Source: Anthoceros angustus
Lineage: Eukaryota; Plantae; Anthocerotophyta
NCBI GenBank assembly: GCA_010909165.1
Contig: MU008171.1
Span: forward strand, 434,001-498,000
Reading direction: 5' to 3'
Length of the DNA: 64,000 nucleotides
Positions 37,550 to 49,163 of this stretch are shown piece by piece (the stretch's first letter is position 1; each line of letters opens with the position of its first letter). The notes below the pieces were generated by a model. It was not told where the DNA came from. It did not search any database and saw only the letters and a list, made by a program, of their open reading frames with translations. The translations under genes and the position numbers were made by a program.

Positions 37550-39695
37550 ATAAATACTTATGTGTTCAAGTACAAGGATTTTTTCTCTTTAGAGCTTTAG
37601 GGATATCTTCCTCAAACATCCAAAGTTCCTCAATTTCAGTGTCTCTATCTAGTTCCATTAGTTCAATCAAGTCTTCTTCTTTAGTTTGAGCACCGTTTTT
37701 TTGTTGTGTTTTCTTAGGTTTAGACTTACCATGCTTACGAGCTGATGATTGCTCCTCAAGATATGGCTTAAATATTATAGCACCTTTTATTCGTGTGTTT
37801 TCCACAAGGCAAGATTCACTTCTTTCAATTTCATATGTAATTCTTAATAGTGGATTTCCTGAAGGGGATTGACATGTCAAAGCCACCTTGTTCTTTGAAA
37901 AACTAGTTGTGAAAGCTTCATTGGGGTGTTGTGTCATCCTCAAATGAGCTCGGGATAAGATATTTGGCAAAAGTTCTTGCAGTATCTCTTCTACATCTCG
38001 ACTTGGATAAACAAATGGAGTTGCTATTCGCCATCGGGTACCATCAATTAGATAGTATTGCTCCTGATGGTTATTAACTTACAATACACATGTAAATTTA
38101 AATTTTAGTGAAATCAAAACTTTACCTCTTGAGAAACGTGAAAATGTGTCGGTATGATGCGGAGCATCTGTATATTCCAATGCTACTTGTTAGTAAGATA
38201 AACTTTCAAAATGATTCTCATATTCTTTATATGTTTGTACCCTTTTTATGTATTATTCATATGTTTGTACCTTGTGTGTTTCAAAATTTAACTCTCTTTG
38301 GATCAAGTGAATTTTAGACCATTCTCTATCCACTATGGGAGCCATCTGGCGCCCATGTGAAGGTGCATCAGTAAACCTTTCTAGCACCATTAAACCTACA
38401 ACACCACAAGCAGTACATTCATAAAAACTAGGGAGATAAGTTAATTGTTTTCATACTTGAAGAACTTATATACTTACCTCTCAAATTTGGTGGTGGTGGG
38501 GAAGGGGAACGTGCACGTTGTTTGGGTGGGGGAGGAACAGAATGAAGCATCCGAATAGGTTCTCCCAATTCCTCATTCCATTCCACATATTGCACTTGAA
38601 GTCCATCAATCCATCCTGTCTCTTCTAGTAAATCACCCTCATTCTCTGCTGCCATTACAATCCGTCTCTATGCAATATTACTATCTCTACAATCGTCTCT
38701 ATGCAATATTACTTTACTGATAACAATCTTATCTACAAGTTACTTATTCAGCTTTTTTTTTCATTCACATTTGTAACAAGTGTAAACACACAAAACTCAA
38801 TCTATCTTGCAAAATATTTGGCAAATAAGAATATGTAACATAAAAAAATATTTTCTGTTTGAGGATGTGTAATCTTGTAAACTCTATGCAATTGTGTGTC
38901 ATACAACTTTTTTAATAGAATTGGATAATACCTGATCTAGATAGTATAAAAAATTATTTTTATTTCATTTGCTTTTGTATGGTTCATAATATGTAAATGA
39001 ATGGAATATAGTGCTTGGATGTCAATAGGTATTTTGTAGCTGGAATCAAACATACACTCTGGATTTTCGAAAGGATCAGGATATATTAATAATACACTTA
39101 AAATAAAATTGTAATAAACTTAATTAATCACTATACATAATATATTGAATTAATATTTGTACCAAAAATAGATTTAAAATGATGGAATAGACACTTCAAA
39201 CTATAGGAGCATAATTACAAAAAATCATAGAACTTCTCTTCTTGTTAGACGACTCATATCTATTCTACAATTATGGAACAAAACTCTCCAACTTAGAATA
39301 CCCACTACACTTGTTTACTCTAGATAAACTATCCTATAGATAAACTATTTTATTTATTTTATAAATTATATATATATAATTAATTAAACATAGTTTAATA
39401 TATAATATGATTTTGAAAATAATATATATAAAAATCGTGTATGAAATCGTGATTTTTTAAATATAAAAATATAAAAATCGTTTTCTAAAGGAGACTCACG
39501 GAAACGGATGTATCATCCATGGGATGGAGTCATCAATGACTCCAAATCCGTGTGAGGAAAGATAAACGAGAGCATACAATGTGGGAAACTCGCAAAGCAA
39601 TGGAATGCAACTCAATGGATTGGATGGGTTGGAAGTCGCAAGGATGCGAATCTGGATAGATGTGAGGAATTTTGTGGGAGGCGACGACGGTGGCA

Positions 39696-42366
39696 ATGGC
39701 GGCCTTGGAGGCCAGCTCGAAGGTGATCCGGGCACCAGCACTGGTGCCAGAAAAATGTGGAGACGAATCCCACAGGCTGAGCCGAGTCCCAACAAGGATC
39801 CTTCACCTGACGCCTCCGAGGTGCAGAGAGGTGTTCGCTCAGGGTGCTTCGCTCAGGTGCACCGGGACGTCTGTCAGCTCCACCATCGCACCAGGCGGCG
39901 AGAAGTTGACTGATGTGTTGAAGAATGCGCGCCCGCGGCCTGCGACGCCCTTTCCAGATGAGGCGGATTGTGGGTTGGAGGAAAAGGACAGCATTGTTGC
40001 GGAAGCCGTGCAGGAAGTGTTGCTGAAGGGCTCTCAAGTCGGGGGGAAGCGGCTCAAGGTGGCGGTGCTTCTCAGCGGCGGCGTCGACAGCAGTGTGGCG
40101 TTGCGGCTTCTCTGCCTGGCTAGATATGATTGCACCGCGTATTACCTCAAGATTTGGTTCCAGGTAATTGTTGCAATGTGCAAAGTGCCGTGGTGGGTTT
40201 GGTCTTGTGTTTGGGGTTTTGGGTTTTGTGCAGTGTTTGAGGACGGCTGTGGGTTGTGGGTTGTGCAGGAGGATTTTGAAAACTTTTGGTCCGCGTGCCC
40301 GTGGGAGGAGGATTTGAAGTATGCGCAGGATGTTTGTGATAAGGTCGCTGCTCCTACGTAAAGTGTGTGCTGTAAACTCGCGTCACATTTTTCCTCGTGC
40401 TTTTCCCCTTCTCTTTTGTCAGGGTGGTAGCAGCTTGCTTACATTTTTTTGCATCCATGGCAGGTGGGGGTGGACCTGAACGTTGTGCATCTTACTGATG
40501 ACTATTGGGCGAAAGTGGTGCGTTGGCATCTTGTGCTGCTGAGAATTCGATTAGCATGTTCTTGTTTTCCACCTGGGAAAATCAGGTGGTTAAGGTGAAG
40601 GATCCCTGTGTTACAGCCTGGGTTTTGGGTTTTCGGCAGGTGTCGCACAGCATATCAGAAATCCAGGCAGGCCGAACTCCCAATCCTGACATCTTGTGCA
40701 ACACCAGGATCAAGTTTGGTAATGTCATTTCTCAGCCAGAGTGTACATTGCACCGGCCTGGCTAGCCCGTCTTGATGTGCACAGCTCAGCTGACTAAGTT
40801 TGTGGCAGGCTCCTTCTTCGACCACATTGATTTCTCGCAGTACGATCTGGTTGCCTCTGGTCACTATGCAAGGGTGGAGCGAAGTGTTGATTCATCAGGA
40901 CGCAGTCACACGCTGCTCAAGCTCTCTGCTGATGAGGTCTGCCCATGCAAAGTGGCACTGCTGTGTCAGAATCCTTGTGTTCTTCGTCCAGTTGTGAACA
41001 TTGTCAGCTCATCGTGCTTGGAAGTTGCATCTGTTTGTTGATGTTGACATGGGTTTTAGGTCGACATTCGCAGTTGAAGGACCAAACGTATTTTCTCTCG
41101 CACCTCTCACAAGCTCAGCTGTCGAAGCTTATCTTCCCTTTGGGCTCATTGTCAAAGGTTGGTTTCTTCTTTACTCTGCTCCCGTCACGTGTGGTGCATT
41201 GTCTACCCGTGTTCTGCTTGTCGTCGTTTTAACTGAGTCGTCTTGTCTCTGTTTTCTGCCAATGTAGCCCAGAGTTAGAGAGCTGGCTGATGCCATGAAT
41301 CTACCCAACAAGCAGAGAAAGGACTCTCAGGGCATCTGTTTCCTGGGAAAGGTATGTCGTCCATTTCCTCAGATGCAGACACACATCGTGCTGTGTTACT
41401 ACATCATTGGCACATACCAGCACCTGAAACAAGTCTGTTTTGCTGCTTGTCAGGTCAGATTTAGTGAGTTCATTGCGAAACATCTCGGCGAGAAAGTGGG
41501 TAGAATAATAGAAGCAGAGAGTGGGGTCCTGTTGGGTAACCACAACGGGTTTTGGTTCTACACCATCGGTCAGCGCCATGGTCTTCGATTACCTGATGGC
41601 CCATGGTAAGTAAGCAAGAGGTGTCTAGTGCTAGCTCGTTTCTTCAGTCCAAATTCAGGATCATCAGGTGCGGTGAGGCTGAACAAGTATGAATACAACA
41701 CCCGCCCACAGGTTTGTCGTTGCAAAGGATGTCGAGCACAATGTGATCTTTGTGTCCAAGAACTACTACGCTCAGGAGAAGCAAAGAAGTTCATTCAGAC
41801 TCGGCTCCTTGAATTGGTTATCAGGGTACCCACCTGACAACTTTCATGGGGTGCGCTGCAAGGTAGACCTCCCATCTTGCGCAGAGAGAAGTTGGTTACT
41901 AGACAAGAACAACATTCTCATGCCTCTGCTCTGTTGTCTGTTGAATGGGCTGGTGATGCAGGTCCGACACGGTCCCAGGTTTTACAGTTGCACTGTCGAA
42001 TATGAGCAAAGTGGGTCAGAGTCGCCCGGAGACTCCACCGCAATAGTAAGGCTGTCAGAAGATGACCAAGGGCTTGCACCGGGGCAGTTTGCGGCCTTGT
42101 ACGCTGGCGACACGTGCCTTGGTTCTGGGGTAATTGCCGGAGCCCTGGACGGATGCAACTCCAGCAATGTCTCTGAAGAAGCCATAAGAGCAGCCACGAC
42201 ATGTATCCATCCTGAGCGGAAGAAACTCGTCAGAGTAGCGAAGGGCTCCAGTGAAAATCACAACAAGCGGAGGAGGCAAGAGGATGTAGAGACTGGGAGG
42301 CCTCGCTCTACCATCAGCTTATGGCAAACTGTGATGGAGTGGACTCGCCGTTGGCTTTCAAGGTAG
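39696..42366 (+). CDS. MnmA: tRNA-specific 2-thiouridylase MnmA, organellar (multi-exon)
   Basis: [14 protein letters not shown] (PP-loop), [62 protein letters not shown]...CLGSGVI across GT-AG exons. Confidence 0.95.
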
Positions 42367-42454
42367 CTGGAACTTCTTGGATTCATGTAGTGAAGACCCG
42401 TTACCGGATTTATGTGCATTATAAAGAACGAGAAGATATTTTTGTGGCCTTTCA

Positions 42455-44134
42455 TCAATGCTGATACAGCAAAGCAATAGCCACAAGTGTCAACCATATG
42501 GAAAATGCCACCCAGAAATACGGGTTTCTTTCCCACCGTGGTGGATTCCAGACCAGCCAGTCTTCCAAGTAGTCATGAGAAGCTGGAGCCTTGCTCTTAA
42601 CTTTTGATCTCCTACGCTCCTTCACCATCTGGCTCCAAGTCTTGGTATCTCTACGGGAAAACGAAAAGCAAACAACAACAGCAACGCTGGTGACCACGCT
42701 TGTTCCCAACTCTCGTGGGCAACACAATTTGGACAAGGATAGGCAAAGGACTCACTTATCAGGTTCTGAACCAATGAGAGGAATGGACACCATCTCGTCT
42801 TTGTTGATCTTAAGCTTGGGTGCCTCCAAAATATATCGCAGATCCGCTGCCTGGCGCCTTGTGGCCCTGTTCGGGTGCGTTTGTTCAAGCCGCTTGTACA
42901 GGGCAATGCAGTCAGCATGCCGGTTGTTTGCTTCATAAGCCATCGCTAGCCAGATCTGGACCTGCGCCAAAGTTCCAGCTGACACAAGTCAGTCAGCACC
43001 AGCCAAAGGACATGTACATAGTAGTGAAGAGTCCCAGTTGTGGCCTTGAGAACACAACACATGGTCCTCATTAGGAAGGACACAACAAGAATGAGCAGAA
43101 ACACACCTCGCCACCAAGATTTGATCTCTCAGAAACGTTTGTCAGAGCAGCTTCCAGGAGCTGGACAGACTTATCATAAGCGCCCCTGCCGTACGCTCGT
43201 TGTGCCATCTCGAACATGACCTCAGCTTCCTTTCTTTGCTCAGCTTGCTGCTTTGCAGCCTGCAGCAAACAGAAGAATCAGTATTCAGCCGAGCACAAAC
43301 TCTTTTTCCCTCCTCTTCCCAGCCGAGCTGAGGCCGGAACAGGAGCTTACCCTGGCGAGTTCCTCCCGCAACTCCTTTTTTGCCTCTTCTTCACTGACTC
43401 TTGCATCCCCGCCCGGGGCCTGGCTCTGGTTCTGGCTCTGGCTCTGACTTTGAATCCTCTCACCCTCAGCAACCAGTTCCCTCAAATCCTCGATCGCATT
43501 CAGCTTCTCCTTTCCTTCAGCCTGGTCCCAGTAGCTTGGATCGCCAAGCGGGTTCGGGTTCGGGTTTCCCTCACCATCTACCCCCGCCGCCCTGCCTCTC
43601 ACGTCCCTTACCCTCGGTGCACACGGTTCCACCTCCCAGTACCGCGGCAGCAGAGCGATGCCGCTGCCTCTGGTGTGTGGAATGGCGATCATACCATTCA
43701 CACGGTTCCTGTACATGCTGCAGGATTGCTGCGCCTCGCTTGTCGGCACAAGAGCCTCCAAGCGAGCAAAGGCCAGGGAGTGGGAGTTGTCTGCAAACAT
43801 CATAGACCAATATCAGACCGTCCTGTCCTGCCCTGGCCTCTCCTGTGCGGCGCTGTAGCTGCAGCAAGCTCCGTGCATCGCTTGACAATCCCTGGGATAG
43901 GGAAATTCCATGCCCAGCCTTGGCCGGGGATGGACATCGCAAGGCAAGGCAGCGGGCCAATGAAATCCCAATTTTGCAATTCCAAATAGACTTTGGAAGT
44001 GCGAAATTGTTGGAGGCAATCTGCGCTGCGAGGGAAGCGGGGGGACGGGCAGTCTTACCAGAACATTTGCGAGGCGGGGAGAAGCAGAGGAGGCCGCCGC
44101 AGGCAGGTGTGAGGGCAGCAGCGCCGGCGGCCAT
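42455..44134 (-). CDS. Conserved plant TPR-like protein with C-terminal transmembrane helix, probably plastid-targeted (5 exons)
   Basis: Exon 1 (44134-44059, GTAAG donor) joins DNSHSLAF. TPR-like FEMAQRAYGRGAYDKSVQLLEAAL and QIWLAMAYEANNRH, then LRYILEAPKLKI and hydrophobic YFWVAFSIWLTLVAIALL. Confidence 0.75.
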
Positions 44135-44958
44135 GGCTGGGCCTGCCTGCTGGCCCGGCCTCTGCCTTTCCTCAGATTCCGCTTCGCCGGGACCTGGTGG
44201 AGGTTATGGTTGTCCTTTCACTCTCTCACCCCGCGTACTGCAGCTGTTAGGTAATTTTCTTTTACATTTACTAACATGACACCAACGTTCTATTAGGTTT
44301 CTACGAAAATGGTCACGTAATGCTTAGAATTGGCACTTCAAAAACCACGAGTGGTTTTCTTCTTTCGAGACTCATCCCAACACAATGGGCTGAGGTTGGG
44401 CGGTGCTGAACAATGAGCATGGCAACAGAGACTGAGAAAGGGATCAAGGGCGTTTCACAAGAGAGAAGTGCGTTAGGTATTCATCGAAATCCTGTTCAAG
44501 CCTATGGTCATGCAGATAGAAAACCGAACCTCAAACGACAAACAGCTCACGGGTAGTGTCAGCCTTTAGGTTGTTTGCAGGTTGAGCATCAGGGCGCTGG
44601 TACCAGATATTGCAAGCCCTTGGCTACGCACTGCTGAAACCTGGATTCAGTTTCGGGTACGAGAGACGGTCTCCAGTAACTGCATTATTCTAGCTCTCAC
44701 TTGCATCCAGCCTTTCCATTCTGCATTCTGTTCAGGTACAGAGTAGACTTGCTAGAGGCCACAAACTTCTCAACGGGTTACTCCATTGTGCTCCACGATG
44801 GTGGAATTTGCCCGTCAATGAACATTTACTTAGACTAGTCATGTTCTCCAATGGTTCGCCTATCTACACTTGTCATGTCTGCAATGACATTTACAATCTT
44901 GCGTGCCTGTAGGAACAGTGGTCGACCATCATACAAGGTCGCCCTACTTCCCGTGTGT

Positions 44959-45034
44959 GGAATTTGTGCAGCAGGGAGCGTGAAGGCATAGGACATAAAG
45001 GAATTTGTGCAGCAGGGAGCGTGAAGGCATAGGA
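44959..45034. repeat. Perfect 35 bp direct repeat (period 41)
   Basis: GGAATTTGTGCAGCAGGGAGCGTGAAGGCATAGGA at 44959 and 45000. Confidence 0.95.
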
Positions 45035-45301
45035 GATCCAAGGTAGCGGAGCTAGCCAGCGTTGTGTTTAAACCGAACCTGGATCCTGAAGAGTGGGAGG
45101 ATATTGTGGAAAGAAATGCAAGAGAAATCTGATCATAAATAATAGTGGAAGTGGGAAGTGCAGCCATCAAGCTACCGTCCCTAAAAGTTCCACAGTGACA
45201 ACAGAGGCTCCAGAGAGATCCCAATAGGTAGACATGCGTATGGCAAGCGAGCTCAGCCATTGCAATACATATCCCAAAGGCACAGCGAGAGGGATGGAAA
45301 C

Positions 45302-45406
45302 CGCTTCTACCATAACCAGCTGTTTGTCATCACAAAGAAGCCATTTGCTGAATCTCCGCAAATGGCTTGTTTGTGATGACAAACAGCTGGTACTGGTGGG
45401 AAGACG
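45302..45406. ncRNA. Candidate MIRNA-like foldback precursor
   Basis: 34-bp arms 45315-45348 and 45358-45391 pair with one mismatch around a 9-nt loop. An imperfect lower stem with G:U pairs extends to ~45302/45406. Not within any coding exon. Confidence 0.5.
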
Positions 45407-46007
45407 TTCTCAGGGTCCAAGATACACGAAGTAGCAATGCCTTGCAATTGTCCAGGACCCGCAGAAAGGCAGGCGCCGTCGTCTCCGTCAACAGGATCAA
45501 GCAGAGACGAGATGCTGCGAATCTGATATGCCTTGGCCGAATCTGCTGGCAGCTGCTCTGCGACAAGCGCCCGTGGTTAACGTTGTCCTCCCAGCACATG
45601 CGACTAGCCACGTTCCTGAACTGGAATCCCGAGGCGTGTCGGTCCCGAACTGCAGACAGGCGACCATACCCGCAGCTTGCAGCGTCAGTCTAAAGTTGCC
45701 ATCCTGGGCAGCACAGGCGTAGCTACACTAGTCTACTCAACAACAAACCCATGGAGCATTGGCAGGCTGTCCCATTGCAAACCAGATCCATCATTCACCT
45801 TGAGCGTCAATCTCCAAGCCCTGAGGTTGGAAGATCTGTCTGTAACCGCCTTGAAGAGGAATCGGCGCCGCTTGCAGCTGAAACAAACACACACAGCGAT
45901 ATGTCAGACCAAGCACGTCTCCACCCACCGCGCACTAGCACTAGCACTACACTGGACGTCCCGCAAGTTTCAGTCCTTTGCATTCTATCCTGTCATTTAT
46001 GTTGTTG

Positions 46008-46187
46008 AGGGTTTAGGGTTCTGTTTTCCAGGGTTGAGGGTTTAATGAACCCTAAACCCAGGTCCACTCAGTTCTGCAAAGAGATCCGATTTCGGCACGT
46101 AGTCTACATACGTTCTGAGAGTGAGAAGTACGTACGCCAGAAATGATTCAGCCAAGGCTGATTTAGGGTTTAGGGTTTAGGACCCTA
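46008..46187. repeat. Cluster of telomeric/telo-box repeats in both orientations
   Basis: AGGGTTTAGGGTT (46008), AACCCTAAACCC (46048), TTTAGGGTTTAGGGTTTAGG (46162). Confidence 0.75.
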
Positions 46188-46799
46188 AGTTTCAAGAGTA
46201 GGCAAACAGCAGAACACACAACATTTCTGGCCAGCCACTTCTTGCTGACGATTAGACTCCTCGGGCTGTGGGATTCCAAACAGATCCATGCTATGCCTTG
46301 CTGTTGGTAGGAAACAGCAAAAAATGTTGCCAATATGCCTACCGGATTATGTAGAGGAGCACCAGCCAGCCCTGGGCTAGGCCAGCCTGGCTCTAAAGCC
46401 CCCTAGTGATGCAACTACAATATTTACAAGAATGCATTCAAATTTGAAAGTTCTGCGACGGCTTCGAAGCACTCTGAGCTCAACCGATTTACCTACCTCT
46501 TGTGAAGAATGTCCAGAAGTGTTCAGTCACTTTTGATTTGAGGCAGATCCCACCGGTTCAAAGCTATAACAGCTCTAAATTGTGGTCCAAGAATTTCTTT
46601 TTTTAGGGGAAAATTTCATGGGAGAAGCCATCCAAGCGGTCTATAATAGATTTTTTTCCTCTTCGGTTAAAATTTTATATATTCATAACTTTAGAGTTTT
46701 GTTCAATAATAAACTTATTGCCATGATATTGACGTCAATTGTAGCATAGTGGTGGTGGTCCGGGCCTGCCATGCTTTGAATTTACAAATTTCTAGTCTT

Positions 46800-47110
46800 G
46801 GTTCTCATATTGTGGATCCGCGTGCTACTGTTATGGAGTTTCTCGGCCGGTTATGGGCGGACGTCGCTATTTAGCATGCCTTTTGGCTAGGAAGGAACCT
46901 GGCTAGGAATGGACTTTGCTTGTGACTTTCCATTCCTTGGACGGTCGGTTTAACCTTTTGAAGGCAAGGACTACTTTTTGGGAACAAGCTTATACATCAA
47001 CGAGGATCTCACCTCGTTGCAGTGGCAAACTAAGAAGGAGAAATTGCTTACTTTGAAGGCTGCTCGTGCCTTGGGTTAAGTGGCCTTTTTTCGTGGTGAT
47101 CAGCTGGTTA
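46800..47110 (+). mobile_element. Decayed LINE ORF1-like relic
   Basis: Frame from 46981 reads GTSLYINEDLTSLQWQTKKEKLLTLKAARALG*VAFFRGDQLV, resembling the I.EDLT...AR..GK.A.FRGD.L C-terminus of LINE ORF1 proteins. Contains an in-frame stop. Confidence 0.4.
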
Positions 47111-47865
47111 GCCAACCCTAATCAGGACTGGAAATTGAAATGAAACAGACTTGAACCCTCGTCCCCGACCGTTTTCTAACACTATTCATTGATTATTTTG
47201 TTCTTGTTCTTGCTTGCATTACTTTTTCTTGACTGTTGTTGTCTCTCTAGTTCAGACGTACGTATGGTATACCTTTTTTCATCACTTTTCAGCTGTACAT
47301 TTTCTATCCCATGGTAGTCCTTCTATGTCTTGCTTGTAATGCACTGCTACTTGAGTTTGATCCTCAACAACGGCATGAGTGGACAACCTACCTGCACACC
47401 AACATTTTTCTTTGATACCCGATGTCATCACCCACAATTCTGCATGCTGGGGTTTCTAAGCCACGACAAGGGATGAAGGCATGGGCACAGACATAGAGAT
47501 ATGGCATGGACTTGGTCATGTTGCACAAGGTTTACAACAAGGTCTGCAAAATGAAGAAGCGTGAGTGGCTGTATGGACGGACCTTGAATAGCGGCGCCTA
47601 AATGTGTTCGGCTTTATGCTAGGTTGCATTCATGCGTGGGACCCCACCATCTTATCTCTGAAAGTAATTGAAGGTCTTATGAGCCCATGTGTCTACATAT
47701 GGTATGTATATGTCCATATGGGCTTACCATGTATCTTTATATGTATATGTCCCTGTCCACTACAAATGTTTTAAGTGGAAATGTTGTTTTACATGTCCAC
47801 TACAAATGAACATCAATTTGAAAGATTACCAAATGAGGTGTAGGACTTTATTAAACTTGCGGAAT

Positions 47866-49163
47866 TTTGATCTACAGATTATGCAGGCACTTGGAGACAT
47901 TATCGGGCCGGGGACCTTTGAGTGTGCCGCAGGGGGCTTTGCGCAGTGGCAGGCGTCCCTTCCTATCGCTTTTGGGGGCACAGGTCTGCTGGCCATGGAG
48001 GCCTCAGCACGGCGGCCTTCCTTGGGAGCTTGGCCCTCTCTACCCCCGTCTTCATCACTCGTTTCTTAATCCGCGATGTTCCCATCTTGGAGGGATTTGT
48101 TTCGGGCGTTGAGGAAGCAGCCTTTCCTTTGTAGGCTTCCCTTAAGTTGGCCAGGGACTCCCTTTCCTCAGAGGCTAGGGTGGCCATGCCTCCCTTTTCC
48201 TTGTTTTTCGTGCAAGGACTACGTGGCCTTTAGGCCTCTCTCCAGGAGAAGCAGTATGGGCAGGCGCTGCGGGCAACCCTTCTAGACTCTATTATTCCCT
48301 GGTCTGTTCGTGCCCGCATCCACTCTTGCTCGGGGAAGAGAGCAGGCTCCTGGGCTCCTGGCTTCTGGCTCGGCCTTGCATCTAGGTGTTCCGAATCACA
48401 CCAGCTTCTTTTTTTACTACGATGAGGTTCCGCCTGGGTTTGGTCCGGCCTCTGGCCTGTTCTCTCTCAGCCTGTTCTCTCTCAGCCTGCAGCTGTGGGG
48501 CCCCCCTCGACAACTTAGAGTCCCACCTAGCTCGCTGTCCAATTGGAGAGCAACGTATCGCTAGGCATGACACGAAGGCGTGGCCATCCTGCAAAGGTGT
48601 GCACTTGTGTACCTTGGCAATCGCGCATCCCTCCGCTGCCCAGCCCGGAGGGTTGATAATGACATGCTCACAAATGGAGTTCCGAGTAGGGTCCGTTACG
48701 ATGACATCCGCAACAGAGATTTGGTTCCCTCGGATCAGAAATACATTTGTCTTAAGTGACACCCTATTTCGTAGAGTATATGGACGCTCCCTATATGGAA
48801 AATAAGTGCTCTCCTTGGCCGTTGAGAACATGACGTCGCGAATGCTTCATTCCCCTCGCCATCGAGACCCACGGGGCTATGGGCAAGGATTTTTCCCAGC
48901 TCATTAGGGATTGTGCTAAAGCCTACCACAGTCGTCGGAACGGGGTGGGTCTCCCTCTTTCCTCAGTGGTGGCTTTCTTTCGAGAGCGGGTATCCATCGC
49001 CTTGCGGGCGTTGTGCGCCATTTCTGAGGCAACAACGTGCACGAGGCGTGGCGTCCTTGACCCCGATTGTAAGTAGGCTTTTTCTCATCTCGGACCACAA
49101 CATAATCGGGGCGGAAGGTAGCTTCGGGGTTGGCAGACGTGAGAACTAGCCCCCTGGCTCTTC
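47866..49163 (+). mobile_element. Older, 5'-truncated relative of the CRE-like retrotransposon, with an internal inversion
   Basis: QASLPIAFGGTGL thumb region, HLARCPIGEQRIARHD, an inverted segment encoding VADVIVTDPT, then FIPLAIETHGAMGKDF...LPLSSVVAFFRERVSIAL. Clearly homologous to the 5135-10875 element. Confidence 0.85.

Noticed and set aside
37566-38655. 134-aa and 75-aa minus-strand ORFs in AT-rich DNA
   Set aside because: No recognisable motif or supported exon structure; probably transposon debris or chance.
25110-42366. Bacterial-looking miaB, radA and mnmA as possible horizontal transfer or contamination
   Set aside because: All have spliceosomal introns and N-terminal targeting-like extensions and belong to standard organelle-targeted plant families.
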